From the NCBI GenBank assembly GCA_002269645.1, contig NIVC01002492.1, positions 1-64,000 on the forward strand: DNA of 64,000 bases, written 5' to 3'. Below are positions 24,402-36,641 of this stretch, piece after piece (position 1 is the stretch's first letter; every line of letters begins with the position of its first letter). The stretch is from Macrostomum lignano (Eukaryota). Below the pieces are notes generated by a model. The model had not been told where the DNA came from and did not search any database. It saw nothing but the letters and a program-made list of their open reading frames with translations. A program made the translations under genes and the position numbers.

Positions 24402-27400
24402 TTAAGACTGCTTCTTCGCATCCAACTGGCAACCGTTCGGTGAGCTACCGGCTTCACTGCTGTAGCCGTTCGTTTTGGCGCTGCTGCGCCGACTGCAGCG
24501 GGCCTTGGCCACGAATGCGCACAGGAATACGATGAAGAAGGAGGACATGATCTGCGGGAACGAACACAATGAGACATGATCTGCGGGAACGAACACAATG
24601 AGACATGATCTGTGGGAACGAACACAATGAGACATGATCTGTGGGAACGAACACAATGAGACATGATCTGTGGGAACGAACACAATGAGACATGATCTGC
24701 GGGAACGAACACAATGAGACATGATCTGCGGGGGGAACACAATGAGACATGATCTGCGGGAACGAACACAATGAGACATGATCTGCGGGAACGAACACAA
24801 TGAGACATGATCTGCGAGGGGAACACAATGAGACATGATCTGCGGAAACGAACACAATGAGACATGATCTGCGGGAACGAACACAATGAGACATGATCTG
24901 CGGGGGGAACACAATGAGACATGATCTGCGGGGGGAACACAATGAGACATGATCTGTGGGAACGAACACAATGAGACATGATCTGCGGGAACGAACACAA
25001 TGAGACATGATCTGCGGGGGGAACACAATGAGACATGATCTGTGGGAACGAACACAATGAGACATGATCTGTGGGAACGAACACAATGAGACATGATCTG
25101 CGGGAACGAACACAATGAGACATGATCTGCGGGAACGAACACAATGAGACATGATCTGCGGGGGGAACACAATGAGACATGATCTGCGGGAACGAACACA
25201 ATGAGACATGATCTGCGGGAACGAACACAATGAGACATGATCTGCGGGGGGAACACAATGAGACATGATCTGTGGGAACGAACACAATGAGACATGATCT
25301 GTGGGAACGAACACAATGAGACATGATCTGCGGGAGGGAACTCAAGGATGGAGAGCATGATCTGCGGGATGGAACTCAATGATGGAGAGCATGATCTGCG
25401 GGAGGGAACTCAATGATGGAGAGCATGACCTGCGGCAGGGAACACCATGATGGAGAGCATGACCTGCGGCAGGGAACACTGATGGAGAGCATGACCTGCG
25501 GCAGGGAACACCATGATGGAGAGCATGACCTGCGGCAGGGAACACAATGATGGAGGAGTCTCCGCAGTATGACGTGTGGGTCCTGAGAGATCTACTTAAG
25601 AATTGGCATTACAACAATTACTGCTACACCTGTGGCAACTGACAGCGATACAAAACGATTTTGAAAACTTTCCCTCACCGAGTAGACAATCCAGAGAACA
25701 ATGTTGAGAATGACTGTCTTCTCGAAGAAGTGCCGGCCAAACTTCAGGCAAACGATGGCCTCGGTCACGACAACGGCTCTGCGAAAGGTCAGCAGATGGG
25801 ATAATAATGACTCTCCACCGACTGGCAGGGGTGGCTATAAGGAGTGGCAGCCTGCGTCCTTTTTGGTGCAGCTTTTTGGAGCACTGTTTTGAAAGCAGCA
25901 AACTTACACGAACACCCACAGTTGAGTGCCAACACGGTTGACGAGCGGGTCCGTCACGTACAGGTAGTACTGTCTGCGGATGGATCAGATTACTCTAGCT
26001 AGCAGCTACGATACGAAAAGTAGCGACAAAATTAATGAGCATGCAACCGTCATAGAATCGAAAAGCAAATGAAAGTTGCAGTAAAAAGGGCACTAGAAAA
26101 TCCCTTATACCCGTAGCAATACGAGTACATCTGAAATCCCGCGCCCTTGCTGATGGGCCCAGGGAGCACACATGCGCAACACTCGGCCGGGTGAAGAGGC
26201 CGCCGGCCAAATAAGGCTCAAAAGCTGACCCCAGTAAAATAGGACTAAATTTTGGAATCAATGTTCTCAGCTAAAATTAGCAGGCGGATCCCCACTTGGC
26301 TTGGTGATACGAGAAAAGTCCTACTTTGAAAATGAGAAAGTTGAATTACTAACCTGATGGCCGGAGCGCTGATGGCGGAGATTAGGACCAGGCGGCCCAG
26401 TGTAGTGGGGTGGCTGGGCTTCACCAAGAAGATATGCTTCAAGAAGAAGCAGTTGAGCTCGGCCAGCTGGGTCATGACAACCAGGATGGACACGGCAATG
26501 ACCCGCATGAAGGAGCTCTCTGGGTCCAGCCAGCGTGTGGGGGTCCAGCTGCAAGCGGCGGTGCCAGGCTGCATTGCATCGCTGAATTTACTAACCAACA
26601 GGTCTGAACAACAACACTCACCTGCCGGGTGTAAACTGAAAGAAAGCTCGCTTGATTTTGCCTGTGGTGGAGTTGATTGACCTGTGGGGAGAGCGCGGAG
26701 GATTAACTTAGCTCTGAGCATAGTATGAGTTGCTAGCCAGGGTACAAGCTGTGGAAAATGTTGCATTCAAGAGCCAATCACAAAAGTAAAAATCAAATCA
26801 ACAAAAATCAAACTGAACAGATGTTTATCTTTGCAGGAGGCCTGTTTCTGTTTCGCCATACAGATGCAAAAATTCAGCCAGGCCTAGTGAAGTGAGACAA
26901 TAGGTTCCCCTAATAAGTTCCCATTCTAGAATTTTCAGTCTATTACATTTGCTCACTCAGGGCTCATACTTCAAAGTTTTTTTACCTAATGCTCTCCCAG
27001 TGGTAGCTGCGCATCTCCAGCCACTTGCACAGCTGCATGCCCAGGTAGATGCCCAGCCCGTTGCACAGCAGCACATCCAACAGCACAATGTCCCACCAGC
27101 ACTCGCGGAAGTTCGGCAGGATGTGAGAGAAGGCCAGCTCGGTGATCTCCCAGTTCACTGACAGAAGCCAAGCCAGGCCGTAGTGGCGCAGCAGCACAGC
27201 CTTCATCACCCAGCCGAACAGGTGAGCGACAGCGAATCCATCCAGGTGGGCGTATAGACGGGCCACAGTCACCTCAGAGCAGTTTACGGCGTAGTCCTGT
27301 GGGCAAAAAGTGTGCTAATTAGTCTGCATGGGGCTGAGAGTATTAGCACAACTTCTCGCGAAAGTGGTCCTGCAGCCAGGCGGCAACAGGTGAAAATTGC

Positions 27401-28701
27401 TAAACATGCCCATTCCTGCGACCCCTGAGCCTGAGCACAGGTACACAGTCCAGTAATAGTAAAAAAGCCAATGCACGCAAACAAGAGGCCGCACCTTGTC
27501 GAGAATGTCGTTGATGGTCATGCTGTGCAGGTCGGGGTACATGAAGTGCAGCGCCCGCCTCGCGTCCTCGTAGCTCAGAAAGCAGACGAACACCATGACC
27601 AGGAAATAAAGCACGCTCACGCCTGCAGTGCAGCAATGAGTCAACCAAAGCTTATTTGCGACGGGGAATTATTTTAGAAGAATTGGGCTGCATTTTTTAC
27701 CGTTTTGCGTGTCTGGACGACATATTTTTGCAATGGGTCTAAAATATCGCTTATGAAATTCCTGGGGCTTTCATCCGGGTACAGCTCGAATATACAACCA
27801 GAACTACTGAATAGTAATACATGACGCTTTATCTTTTGTACAGAGAAAGTTTAATTGATGCAATCCCATTACAAAAATTAAAGACAAGTTGAGTTTACTT
27901 AACAGTGAGTAAGCGAGAACGCAGTGATAAAGAAAGCGGTTTGCAAAGGAAGTGAAAGTGAGAGTAGCAGCGCACAAGACGCAAGAGATGCACTGAGCAT
28001 CAGAATGATGTACGTAGCACATCCAATGCACTCTACACAGCAGATAGGCAAGACCAGAATGCATCGGACAGACGGCAGTCAGGTGCACGGCATAACACTC
28101 AGACATAAGAAGAGCCGGAGGTGGCAGAATATCGCGGTTCAAGATTATTTATTAGATTTAAAGCTGCAGCGAAATATTTGCCGAGAACCAAAATAAATTG
28201 AATAAATGCAACCATGCTAGTACGAGAAGCAAAGGTTTCACACAAACCACACTGGTGGTACAGATTGAGAGGGGATCCAACACATTGTTGAGGTAAATTA
28301 CTGTAGCAAGCACTTTACCGTTTAACCAAAATCTCGTGCAGCCGACTGGTGCCTAAACGAGCGCGCACAAATGCAAATAACGATTTACAACGGGCAAGCT
28401 ACAATTCTCAAGCGCATAGAAAACATGCAGAAATACTGTAGGGACGGTAGGCATAGAAACTGCTCTTTTACCAAACACGATTCTCCAAACTGCAGGATGC
28501 GGCCGATTGAATGGACCTGGCGATCAATAGGGGAACAATTAGTCCAATTTGAGGAGTTTTGATCAATTAAGTGCAGCTGCAGGATGCATTGCAGACAATT
28601 GAAACTCACCATTCGGCATTACCAGTATGGATATTATGAGAAATATGATACAAACGGCTATTCCTCCATCCCAGACATCTTGCTTCAGGGTGGTATTGGC
28701 C
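24402..28701 (-). CDS. PTDSS1: Phosphatidylserine synthase (base-exchange, PSS1-type); first coding exon not located
   Basis: Phase-consistent exons 28701-28610, 28516-28472 (PFNRPHPAVWRIVFG), 27622-27495, 27296-26986 (HLFGWVMKA, NFRECWWD..LDVLLCNGLG), 26681-26622, 26548-26354 (QLAELNCFFLKHIF), 25973-25908 (QYYLYVTD), 25778-25679, 24551-24402. Confidence 0.93.
24546..25552 (-). repeat. 28/29-bp tandem array (grading into 32-34-bp diverged units); each unit carries a copy of the 3' splice acceptor of the last PTDSS1 exon
   Basis: Minus-strand unit TCTCATTGTGTTCGTTCCC(G/A)CAG|ATCATG. I counted 30 CAG|ATCATG and 4 distal CAG|GTCATG sites; the real acceptor is at 24551/24552. Confidence 0.93.
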
Positions 28702-29317
28702 CTGTAAAGTGTGAATTGTGGCAAATCTGTCAATTAGAAGCAAAATAGCTTTTGCAAACTAATACCAGTAAAGAATAGTAATTTATGTAATTGGGGAGTA
28801 TTATTACCCCAAGGCCCAAGGAGCTGGCATGCATAGGGATATTGCAGTGAAAACACTCAACCAAATAAGAGACAAAAGTAATAAATAAAATTTTTTTTAA
28901 AGAAAGATGAGAAGTTACAATTAATAGGAAGCACAATGGCGCCATAATTGGTTTTGTTATTGCAATAGCTTTTTGCCATCATGGTGCTAATATATGTGCA
29001 GCAAGAATAATCAGGACTATGCCAACAATACAATTGAAGGCAGCCTATCTACCTTTTTAAGTAAATTGTCTGTGGTACTAGGCCTAGAAGATAGCTTGTA
29101 GATACAACTGTTCTGACTAATGATGCTAAAACAAAATTAACAGATAGCTCTTACAAAAGTGATGTTTTGATATACAAACAAGTCAATTTGTACTATTATA
29201 AAGGCAGCTAAGTAAAGTAAACCTAGCTAGATATAATGAAAGTTCTATAAAAAATAGAATAATAGAATAGAATAATATTGAACTATATATTTTCTTCTGG
29301 CCTATAGTCAAACAGTA

Positions 29318-30105
29318 GGCTCATTCCATATAAGATGGACATTTTTGGAAAATAGAAAAAAGTCAATATTTTTGCTTGCCATTGCCTTATCAGCCATTTT
29401 TTTTACCAAATGTTTTTTTATGTGTAATATCTACAATCTAAGAATAAATGAATGATAAAATGTTAGATTAGTATGCTATCAAGTGGCAAAAAGTCATTTT
29501 TGTAAAAATTTAGACATTTTTCTAAGCAAAAGACATCAATAAGTTTGTGTACCTTTTAAAAACAAATAGAAAGCTTTGGAAGGTTGAAACAAACTATAGA
29601 TAAAAGTATAGTACTTGCATCATCAGATAAAAGTATTGGTGACCAAATAATCTATTATATTTTTAATATATTGGTACCTCAAAGTTACTGAATTGACAGA
29701 AAAAAATATGTTACGACCATAATGTTACGACCATAAGGCTGCCTTTTCTTTTGTATCTTTGTTGCCTTTTTGAGTTTATATATTCTACAAAAAGAGTATG
29801 ATTACTAAAGATGTTCTTAGTCAAATTTTTAAAAATGTATTGCAAAATATCAAAAATAAAAATGTTATAAGACTTTTACCTTTTAGTTTCTATATGTCAA
29901 AAATCCTGTTGTTACGACCATAAGTGCCATTCAAGGTTTAATAGCATCTATAGTAATGATGATATCTACATGAAACTCTATAAAAATATTTTTGACAAAA
30001 TTATCTTTCATTTAAAATATTGGTTTAGTATATTCTATTATTATATTTCATTTTATAAGTAAAAATAGCCTGTCATGTTACGACCATGCTTATATGGAAT
30101 GAGCC
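29318..30105. mobile_element. AT-rich non-autonomous TIR element (MITE), superfamily unassigned
   Basis: Perfect 17-bp TIR GGCTCATTCCATATAAG; AGTA on both flanks (29314-17, 30106-09); repeated subterminal GTTACGACCAT motifs. Confidence 0.8.
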
Positions 30106-30163
30106 AGTAGATTCTTTGTCTAGCCTTTAAGGTAAAAAGTTGATCCTTGATCTAGCTAAATTA

Positions 30164-31153
30164 TGAGGGGTGTCCAAAAAGTAGTGATACTTTTAACCGT
30201 ACTTCTCATTCTATAGCTTCCTGTGATTTAAAATTTTATGAACTGATAGTGGCAAATCTCTTCTACAGACTGCTTTTTGAATTTCTGAAATTGATACCAG
30301 AGAATAAGTTATACCCATGAAAGTAGCAGTACCTGTACCATAGAGTTACACAAATTATAGGCTGAGCTTCACGAGATCCATGCTGAGTAAGCTTTGATGA
30401 ACTGTTGATTTCGGCTTGTCCAACCTGTCAGCGATCTCTCTAATGGTCATTTGGGAGTCCTCATCAAGAAGATCCAGAATGGAGTCTGCCAGTACATCAG
30501 GTTGATGAACACAAGGCCGCCCCATCTGATGCTGATCTGCCAAGTCAGTCCTTCCCTCGCTGAACTGCTCCATCCATCAGTAAACTATCATTTTGCTAAC
30601 CACAAAGGATTTGTGCACAGAGCAAAGTTTTGCGTGAATTTCTGAGGCACTATGGCCAGCACCCCAAAGAGTGAAGATTGTACTTTGCTGAGCAACAACT
30701 GAGTGCACATCCATGTATGTTGTTGAGTATGGGCCATGAAATCATGAATGAATCGCAAAATACAAGCTCCTCTATTTCCAAATAAAGTAATGAATTTAAT
30801 GCTTTATTTTTCTGCATATGATCCTGTCCATAGACAAATTTCAGTCAGTCACAGTGAGCATTATTTTGCAATTGGGCTTTGTTATTGCTTAAACAAGACA
30901 TTTATTGATGCCTTCTTAATGAATGAGTGCAGAAGTCAACTATTATAAATTTTGATATGGTTTATATAACTCTATGATACAGGTACTGTTACTTTTGTGG
31001 GTATAACTTTTGTTCTCTAGTATCAATTTTAAAATTCAAAAAAGCAGTTTGTAGAAGAGATTTTCTGCTATCAGTTCATAAAATTTTAAATCACATGAAG
31101 CTATAGAACAAGAGTTATGGTTAAAAGTATCACTACTTTTTGGACACCCCTTG
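30164..31153 (-). mobile_element. Internally deleted mariner with long (about 190 bp) imperfect TIRs
   Basis: TA-flanked ends (T/C)(G/A)AGGGGTGTCCAAAAAGTAGTGATAC. The minus ORF 30355..30573 is the mariner HTH region (EGRTDLAD..GRP..QMTIREIADRL); no DDD domain. Confidence 0.85.
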
Positions 31154-32394
31154 TACTTTTTAAAAAAAATTCTAAAATGGCTATTTCAAGAGTTACTCAC
31201 TTTATTATTACAAGGATAGAAGTTAGGAATATTTCAAGAATTCAAAATGATAAAATAAAAATAGATTTCAAATCAATTTTAAGATTTAATTTTGCATTCA
31301 AATGTATTTGGATTCTAGTTTTTATCCCCATTGAAGCAAATTGAAAAAATAAAGATGCTAAGTCTAATATACAAATATCTAAGCATACTTTGACCTTTTA
31401 AAGGTAACCACATAGCTAGAATTGTACATAAGATCACAAAAGCATATTTTATATTTAACCTAACTTAAATTAAGTTTTTTGATATTCTTTAAAAGTCAAG
31501 GTAAAAATGTTCATATAATTTGAATTTAAAGAGTTTAATCATCTCTTGTGACAATGCATTTATGATTTCTAATTGATTGTTATTTATACTAGATGACAAT
31601 AACAAAATATTTCTCAATGGCTATGAGTAGCCATAGCCCATAGAAAGGGAAGGTGTTAGAACATGCCTTAAGGCTGCACTACTTAAAAAGTAAATTATCT
31701 TAGTCCAAGTCAGAATGGCTAAATAAGGCTCTTGTATCCTATAGAAATAGCTTCTATCTTAGGCTTATACATTGTTTATCCTTGGCTTTACCTATGCTAT
31801 GCTATACCTTTGATAAAGCCAATGCTATGCTATCTATAATAGCAAGTCATTAGCTTATGGCAGTAACTCTTCAACTAGAAAACATGGCTAGCTAGCCTAA
31901 GTCACCTTTTATGCAGTAGGTCAAAAGGTTGCATGCCCATTAGGCAAGCTCTAATAGCAATTTTGCAGTTTGTTTCGCATAATTATTTTTACTTTTGAAT
32001 ATATGCCAACATGTCATGGAAGGTTTAAATTTGTGCTGACTTATTATGCCACATCATCCTAAAAGGCCATGAGACACTTTTGGGCAAGTTTTAGTGAGGG
32101 GTGAAGGTAGCAATCTTTTACACTGCTCAAGATTTCCCAACCTAGAATTGCTTAAGATATGTACAATATTTTGCAAGTCATAGCAGGACATCCAGCTGCA
32201 CAATCATTTATAATCCCACCTGCTGAGGTTGTGCCTGCTACAGAGCTGCTGAATCTAACAGATAGCTAGCCAACAAATTGTTGATGCTGTGTTGCGAGTC
32301 ATATCATACATGTAGCATAAAGGGAATGTGCTAACTTCCACCTGCTAGCCAATCAAATGACCTGTCAACAATGTGGCATAGACATGCAACTGCA

Positions 32395-32695
32395 GTCATA
32401 CATGCGCAACCTCCAAATTTCGGTCGGCCATGCGACTTAGTTTTAACAAAAATGCGACGTAGTTTTTGGCCAAAAATGCGACTTACATGTAAAAAAACCC
32501 GAAAGCAAAATTAACGCAACTTTGGGTAAACGGCAGGAGTAACTATGACTGTCTTATAAAGCCAAAATGCCTCGTCAGCTACTTAGTACTACTACTCGGT
32601 GTTTTTTCGGGTTGGCATTTTTGCGACTTCCTTGGTTGGCCACCAAATCGGTCGGCCGGATCGGCCGACTCGGCCGACTGTTGCGCATGTATGAC
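32395..32695. mobile_element. 301-bp MITE
   Basis: 16-bp TIR GTCATACATGCGCAAC flanked by TGCA on both sides (alternatively CTGCAG with a 15-bp TIR); internal CGGCCGA repeats. Confidence 0.75.
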
Positions 32696-35072
32696 TGCAG
32701 TCAAGAGCTGGTGACAAGTACATTGACAGCTAAGGATTTTTGAGTTCTAAGACTTGTTTTGAGGATTCAATGACTAGGCCCTAAGGAGTGATGTTATAGT
32801 CTTGTTAATTTTTTTTCACTTGTTTGATTGTTCATGACGTTGGCGTATATTCTAAAGTAAAAATATTTATGCGAAACAAACTGCAACATTGCTGCTCTAA
32901 AAGCATGATATTATACTCTGAACTCTAATTTACTTATAAATAAGTTTTATTACTTTAAACAAGACTTCAGTGAAACAATTTTAATTAATATTCTTGATAA
33001 AACAACCTTATCATTTATCTATCCAAACTTACTAAAGTCTAAGATTCTTTATAGGCCTAACTATGTATTGGCATAGCCATAAAAGTATACTCAAACCTAG
33101 TTTTTTATTTTAAAATATATGTTGCATCCTTACCTGTTTAAGGCCATATATATTATCCATGTAATTGTTATAGCCAATAAAGTAAGAGTATGGGGCTTAT
33201 AAAAAAACTCTAATGTGATATTATCAACCTTATGTTTTTCAATTAAATTGGCAAAATGCTGACACTCTGTCTCAGTTTTAGACAAATTCTGTTTACCTTT
33301 ATCTTTCATTTTATTTAATTCTTTTTAAAATATTATGTGAAGACAAAAAAGATCTGTGACAACTTAATCAGGCTGTCAGGGCCAAGTTAAGCAAATTCAG
33401 GATGGAATGAAAGACCAGGCCCTAACGGCCTAGGCTAAGGCTCTTGCCTAAATGCAAATTCTAGTTAAACCAATAGAATAGGCAAATAATATTTTAAACT
33501 TAACTCTATCTGGGCGTGGCCCGCTCTATCGATTAATACTTTTGTGGTAGTAGTAGTCGGCCCTAGCCCTACCACTATGAATCGATTAAATTGAGTTTTA
33601 ATAATAATAACATTTTATGGACTCTAAATTTACGCTCTCCCCAATTTCTGGTCCCACCTGTCCACCCCCCTAGCGCAAATAATGACTTTTTTCTGCCCTT
33701 TTTCTGTTTTTATCGTCCCATTTTCTGGTCTTGTATGCCCCTTTTTGGATTTTTTGTTTTTCCCCGTGCGTTTCTGCGGAGTTTTTCCTTTGGGCACAAT
33801 GTTCTGGACCCTGGTGTCCTCGCCCCTTCCCATTTTCTGGGTTACTTTGACCACATTTGCGCCTTGTTCGGGTATTTAACCCCCGCCCTCTTGCGCCTGT
33901 CTCCCCCCATGTTTTCCTCTCCTGTTTTCCCTTTCCCGTTTCTCCTTCCTTACTGATCTTAATCCTTGCCCTCCTCCTCTACCCTTAACTCAATCAACTT
34001 AGTAACGCCCATTTAGCTCTTATTAATTTTGCTTAACCGGCCGTTTGCATAAGTTTTAACTAGTTTAGGGCCCACACCGCGGCACCCCCAATCATTTAGT
34101 CGTCCAGTCGATACTCATGTTTGATTGATAACTATAATAATTTTGCCGAATACTTAATAAACCAGCATTAATTTGTTTCTTCGTTATCTGAATTAAGAGC
34201 CATAGCTTTTTTTAAGTCATTTGCCCGTGTGGCATAAAATAACCCAGTTTTAACTCTAAGAAGCTCTGAGACTCCAACGTTCCGAAATACGTAAATTATG
34301 GTGATGGCAGCGCTACTCTACTGCTAGTAACACGATAAGCACACGAGGTACATTGAATTTCGGTGTCTGAGGACCCTATCTAAACGCTCGCGCCTAACGA
34401 AGACCGCTCGCCTACGACTAAACTACCCTCCCCCCGGAATTGAGGACCCCGGCATGAGACGGAGTATCCAGGAGAAATTTCGATAAGTTCGTCAGCGCGA
34501 TTTTCCTGATTTAGCCGTGCGAACGCAGCGCCGACCGGTTTCGAAGAAAACCCGAAGAACCCAAATTTCATCTCAAATTTTCTCCGCCCCCACCTTACTT
34601 TCCTGAAAATTACTTCGTAACGTCGTCAATTTTGTTAATAAAATTCTGAGTTAGATCGTATTGCTTTTAGAGTTGATATTTAGGACAGATTTATTCCGAT
34701 CGAGTTGTTCTCTTTTGTTTACTTGTTGCAGTATAGCTTTTGTTTTTCTCTCTAGAATTTTTTTTTTCAATCGGTTTTATATTTTGTAGTCTTCTTGAGC
34801 GCTCACGCTGGTTGTTAAGCTCCTAGTTATACAGGCATTTGCAACAGCATTAGGAATTGTTGGGAATGGGATTATTGGGAATATTTGATTAGATTGCATT
34901 GCTATGGTTACAGGGTTATTTATTTGCTATTGACGTAGCAAGTGCGTATCGATTTTTTGCAATGGCTGACCTCGAGAACTTATGCACCTGAGCAAGGTGG
35001 CTCTGCAAATCTTCTGTGCCCACGCTAATGTAAAGCATGCTGTCGCGGCAATAAGGCCGACCTGGTCAGCCA

Positions 35073-35790
35073 ATGCTCGATGCCCCCGACCAGCAGTCGT
35101 GGACAGATTCGCTACTGCAGAACATGGAGCAATCTGAGCAAGAAGTCGATGTTGACGGCAACATCAGTACGGAGGCGGCTCGGGAGGAGTCGGCGGCGAG
35201 CCTGGACGACGAGGACATCGCAAAGGCGGAGAAGAAGATCAGACTGTTGCAGCTACGCAAGGAAGCCGCTCAACTCAAAAGGGAGATCGGAGATGCCCAG
35301 TTGCTTTCCTGATGTGTGCGATAATGCAGGATTAGACCAGGAAGATAATGGCAATGAGGTGCCTGATAGATTTTTGTCACATAACAGGGCAAATGAACGG
35401 ATGGAGTGTTCTGGCAGGCGAGAGGCTCTTATGATTCGTGATTTCCTTGACGGCTTTGAGCAGGAAGAAGTGCTGGCTAATGGCTCTGGTGGCCGAATCA
35501 CTTACAAGAGCAGAAAACCTACTAGATAGCATCACAGCAGCGCAATGTATGGTAGGCAATTACAGGTTGATGATGCAAATGATCAAGGACGGTGCCCTGG
35601 TGACTAATAAAAATTGAATTGCTGATACGACTGATTTGATGAGTTACCTACGCTACTCAATACAGATTGGCGAGCTGTTTGACGCGGGCTTCGGCCTTGC
35701 GCAGGTGAACCGTTTTGACGAGGACTATCGCACCAGGCAAGCTGAAACTGGTACATGCGCTGGGGCAAGGAGTCTTTCCATCTCGTTGCT
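35073..35790 (+). pseudogene. Decayed gag-like ORF of a DIRS/Ngaro-type tyrosine-recombinase retrotransposon
   Basis: Frameshifted segments ALMIRDFLDGFEQEEVL..KSRKP, DSITAAQCMVGNYRLM, SYLRYSIQIGEL..FDEDYRTRQA..WG resemble DIRS-type gag. Assignment is from memory of the family; no RT or YR is linked. Confidence 0.55.
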
Positions 35791-36059
35791 AAGCACTTAA
35801 TCAGAACTGGAACTGGAAGAGTTTAAGAGTGGTTATCAGTCACTCGAAAACTCCGACTTCTAGACACAGGGGGAAAAAGTGCCTAGGTACCAGGTGGTAG
35901 ACTTTAGACTGCGTTAGACTGGTATATGTATGTAAAATCAGATAACTCTTACTGCAGCGGATCCTCTTGCGCTGTCGGTAGTCGTCGGAGTCTTGTTGAT
36001 CGTGGGACTAGCTAGCTTGTTTGAGCGGTGGCGGCGCCGGTTTCGGTGAACAGCTCCTA

Positions 36060-36641
36060 GGGCCAATTTTATAAACACTTTCATCCATGTCAGCTAATGA
36101 TTAATAATTAATTAATTATCCGTGGATTTTATCTATGGTAAAAAATCGATTTTATAGACCACTGCTAAAATCTGTGTCTTTTATCCGCGGTTTCAATCCG
36201 TGGTTAGACTAGTTTTGCCATAGACTATTAGCTTTGGATGGTCCGTGCACATCTCTCAGCAAATGGTAGAAGCCATTGGTGGCGTAATAACGAAGTGTCG
36301 TCAGAAGCTGTTCCATTGGTGAAATCCGCGTTGACGAGGAAGTTCTTCCTTTCGAGGAAAACACGAGGCGATCGACGTCGTTCAGCATTTAGCAACCCAT
36401 GGACGTGTAGAAAATCCATGTCGGACCTGGATAGCAGTTAGCTGATAAATTATCTATGTTAACTAGCAGTCTGAAAGCTTTATAAAATCGATTTCGGTCT
36501 CTTGCTTTACATTTCAGACCATAGATCATAGATTTTTTATCCTGGTTAGCTACTCGTACCAATGTTTATAAAACCCAAACATGTCTTTTAGCCGCTACCC
36601 GTGGCTAAATATCTGTTATCTATGCTTTATAAAATTGGCCC
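36060..36641 (-). mobile_element. Internally deleted PIF/Harbinger element
   Basis: TIR GGGCCAATTTTATAAA at both ends (flanks CTA/CTG). The minus strand around 36230-36350 encodes RISPMEQLLTTLRYYATNGFYHLLRDVHGPSKA, a HARBI1-like HTH segment. Confidence 0.8.

Noticed and set aside
26190-26215. GGLFTRP peptide resembling the PTDSS1 GPFTRP motif
   Set aside because: It is intronic and out of order; the real motif exon is 28516-28472.
33500-34620. CT-rich block with short Lys-rich ORFs, possibly a retroelement 5' end
   Set aside because: No domain, tail, TSD or termini could be supported.
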